In this document: one piece after another, positions 61,148 through 64,000 of the stretch
Layout: each line of letters starts with the position of its first letter
Position numbering within the stretch: position 1 is the stretch's first letter
Source: Nemertoderma westbladi
Taxonomy: Eukaryota > Animalia > Xenacoelomorpha
Length of the DNA: 64,000 nt
Assembly: GCA_032718475.1 (NCBI GenBank)
Contig: JAUCBJ010005792.1
Coordinates: 12,890 to 76,889, forward strand
Direction of reading: 5' to 3'
Notes under the pieces: model-generated
Seen by the model: the letters and a program-made list of their open reading frames with translations, nothing else
Told to the model about the DNA's origin: nothing
Databases searched by the model: none
Made by a program: the position numbers and the translations under genes

Positions 61148-64000
61148 GTACGTGTTTATTAGTACAATGATATTTGGAGCTGATGGTACATGTTTATTAG
61201 TACATTGTTATTTGAGCTGATGGTACGTGTTTATTAGTACATTGTTATTTGGAGCTGATGGTACGTGTTTATTAGTACATGATATTTGGAGCTGATGGTA
61301 CGTGTTTATTAATACATGATATTTGGAGCTGATGGTACGTGTTTATTAATACATGATATTCAGAGCTGATGGTACGTGTTTATTAATACATGATATTTGG
61401 AGCTGATGGTACGTGTTTATTAATACATGATATTTAGAGCTGATGGTACGTGTTTATTAATACATGATATTTGGAGCTGATGGTACGTGTTTATTAATAC
61501 ATGATATTTGGAGCTGATGGTACGTGTTTATTAATACATGATATTTAGAGCTGATGGTACGTGTTTATTAATACATGATATTTGGAGCTGATGGTACGTG
61601 TTTATTAATACATGATATTTGGAGCTGATGTTACGTGTTTATTAATACATGATATTTAGAGCTGATGGTACGTGTTTATTAATACATGATATTTGGAGCT
61701 GATGGTACGTGTTTATTAATACATGATATTTGGAGCTGATGGTACGTGTTCATTAATACATGATATTTGGAGCTGATGGTACGTGTTTATTAATACATGA
61801 TATTTGGAGCTGATGGTACGTGTTTATTAATACATGATATTTGGAGCTGATGGTACGTGTTTATTAATACATGATATTTAGAGCTGATGGTACGTGTTTA
61901 TTAATACATGATATTTGGAGCTGATGGTACGTGTTTATTAATACATGATATTTGGAGCTGATGGTACGTGTTTATTAATACATGATATTTGGAGCTGATG
62001 GTACGTGTTTATTAATACATGATATTTGGAGCTGATGGTACGTGTTTATTAATACATGATATTTAGAGCTGATGGTACGTGTTTATTAATACATGATATT
62101 TGGAGCTGATGGTACGTGTTTATTAATACATGATATTTGGAGCTGATGGTACGTGTTTATTAATACATGATATTTAGAGCTGATGGTACGTGTTTATTAA
62201 TACATGATATTTGGAGCTGATGGTACGTGTTTATTAATACATGATATTTGGAGCTGATGGTACGTGTTTATTAATACATGATATTTAGAGCTGATGGTAC
62301 GTGTTTATTAATACATGATATTTGGAGCTGATGGTACGTGTTTATTAATACATGATATTTGGAGCTGATGGTATGTGTTTATTAATACATGATATTTGGA
62401 GCTGATGGTACGTGTTTATTAATACATGATATTTGGAGCTGATGGTACGTGTTTATTAATACATGATATTTGGAGCTGATGGTACGTGTTTATTAATACA
62501 TGATATTTAGAGCTGATGGTACGTGTTTATTAATACATGATATTTGGAGCTGATGGTACGTGTTTATTAATACATGATATTTGGAGCTGATGGTACGTGT
62601 TTATTAATACATGATATTTGGAGCTGATGGAACGTGTTTATTAATACATGATATTTGGAGCTGATGGTACGTGTTTATTAATACATGATATTTGGAGCTG
62701 ATGGTACGTGTTTATTAATACATGATATTTGGAGCTGATGGTACGTGTTTATTAATACATGATATTTGGAGCTGATGGTACGTGTTTATTAATACATGAT
62801 ATTTAGAGCTGATGGTACGTGTTTATTAATACATGATATTTGGAGCTGATGGTACGTGTTTATTAATACATGATATTTGGAGCTGATGGTGCGTGTTTAT
62901 TAATACATGATATTTGGAGCTGATGGTACGTATTTATTAATACATGATATTTGGAGCTGATGGTACGTGTTTATTAATACATGATATTTGGAACTGATGG
63001 TACGTGTTTATTAATACATGATATTTGGAGCTGATGGTGCGTGTTTATTAATACATGATATTTGGAGCTGATGGTACGTGTTTATTAATACATGATATTT
63101 GGAGCTGATGGTACGTGTTTATTAATACATGATATTTGGAGCTGATGGTACGTGTTTATTAATACATGATATTTGGAGCTGATGGTACGTGTTTATTAAT
63201 ACATGATATTTGGAGCTGATGGTACGTGTTTATTAATACATGATATTTAGAGCTGATGGTACGTGTTTATTAATACATGATATTTGGAGCTGATGGTACG
63301 TGTTTATTAATACATGATATTTGGAGCTGATGGTACGTGTTTATTAATACATGATATTTGGAGCTGATGGTACGTGTTTATTAATACATGATATTTGGAG
63401 CTGATGGTACGTGTTTATTAATACATGATATTTGGAGCTGATGGTACGTGTTTATTAATACATGATATTTGGAGCTGATGGTACGTGTTTATTAATACAT
63501 GATATTTGGAGCTGATGGTACGTGTTTATTAATACATGATATTTAGAGCTGATGGTACGTGTTTATTAATACATGATATTTGGAGCTGATGGTACGTGTT
63601 TATTAATACATGATATTTGGAGCTGATGGTACGTGTTTATTAATACATGATATTTGGAGCTGATGGTACGTGTTTATTAATACATGATATTTGGAGCTGA
63701 TGGTACGTGTTTATTAATACATGATATTTGGAGCTGATGGCACATGTTTATTAATACATGATATTTAGAGCTGATGGTACGTGTTTATTAATACATGATA
63801 TTTGGAGCTGATGGTACGTGTTTATTAATACATGATATTTGGAGCTGATGGTACGTGTTTATTAATACATGATATTTGGAGCTGATGGTACGTGTTTATT
63901 AATACATGATATTTGGAGCTGATGGTACGTGTTTATTAATACATGATATTTGGAGCTGATGGTACGTGTTTATTAATACATGATATTTAGAGCTGATGGT
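61138..64000. repeat. 37-bp minisatellite (~77 copies, continues past the window) spanning the exon/intron junction
   Basis: Unit GGAGCTGATG|GTACGTGTTTATTAATACATGATATTT; the first unit overlaps the exon end. Confidence 0.98.

Noticed and set aside
61138-64000. CRISPR array (37-bp repeat)
   Set aside because: Head-to-tail tandem units with no spacers.

Overview
AT-rich, repeat-dense eukaryotic (invertebrate-metazoan-like) DNA with GT-AG introns; no prokaryotic features and no CRISPR. Two divergent spliced genes can be rebuilt by hand with matching intron phases. (1) A minus-strand C2H2 zinc-finger gene (exons ~9859 down to 67, running off the left edge) whose N-terminal exon resembles the N-terminal helix of GAF-type phosphodiesterases (PDE10/PDE6). 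(2) A plus-strand RIN/Sprint-like VPS9 Rab5-GEF gene (19496 to beyond 61147, running off the right edge). The RIN-like gene hosts an intronless NDUFA4/COXFA4-like gene in its first intron. One of its coding exons is split by a 9.7-kb three-LTR BEL/Pao composite (TSD AATAT) that lacks RT/RNaseH/integrase core and carries a twice-present array of stem-loops. Its last visible exon ends in a >2.8-kb minisatellite built from its own 5' splice site. The rest is nested transposons (a MULE/Foldback-like element inside a copy of itself, a Gypsy remnant inside a CR1-like LINE, RTE LINEs, MITEs) and minisatellites. All homology calls are by eye from recalled motifs; no searches were run.
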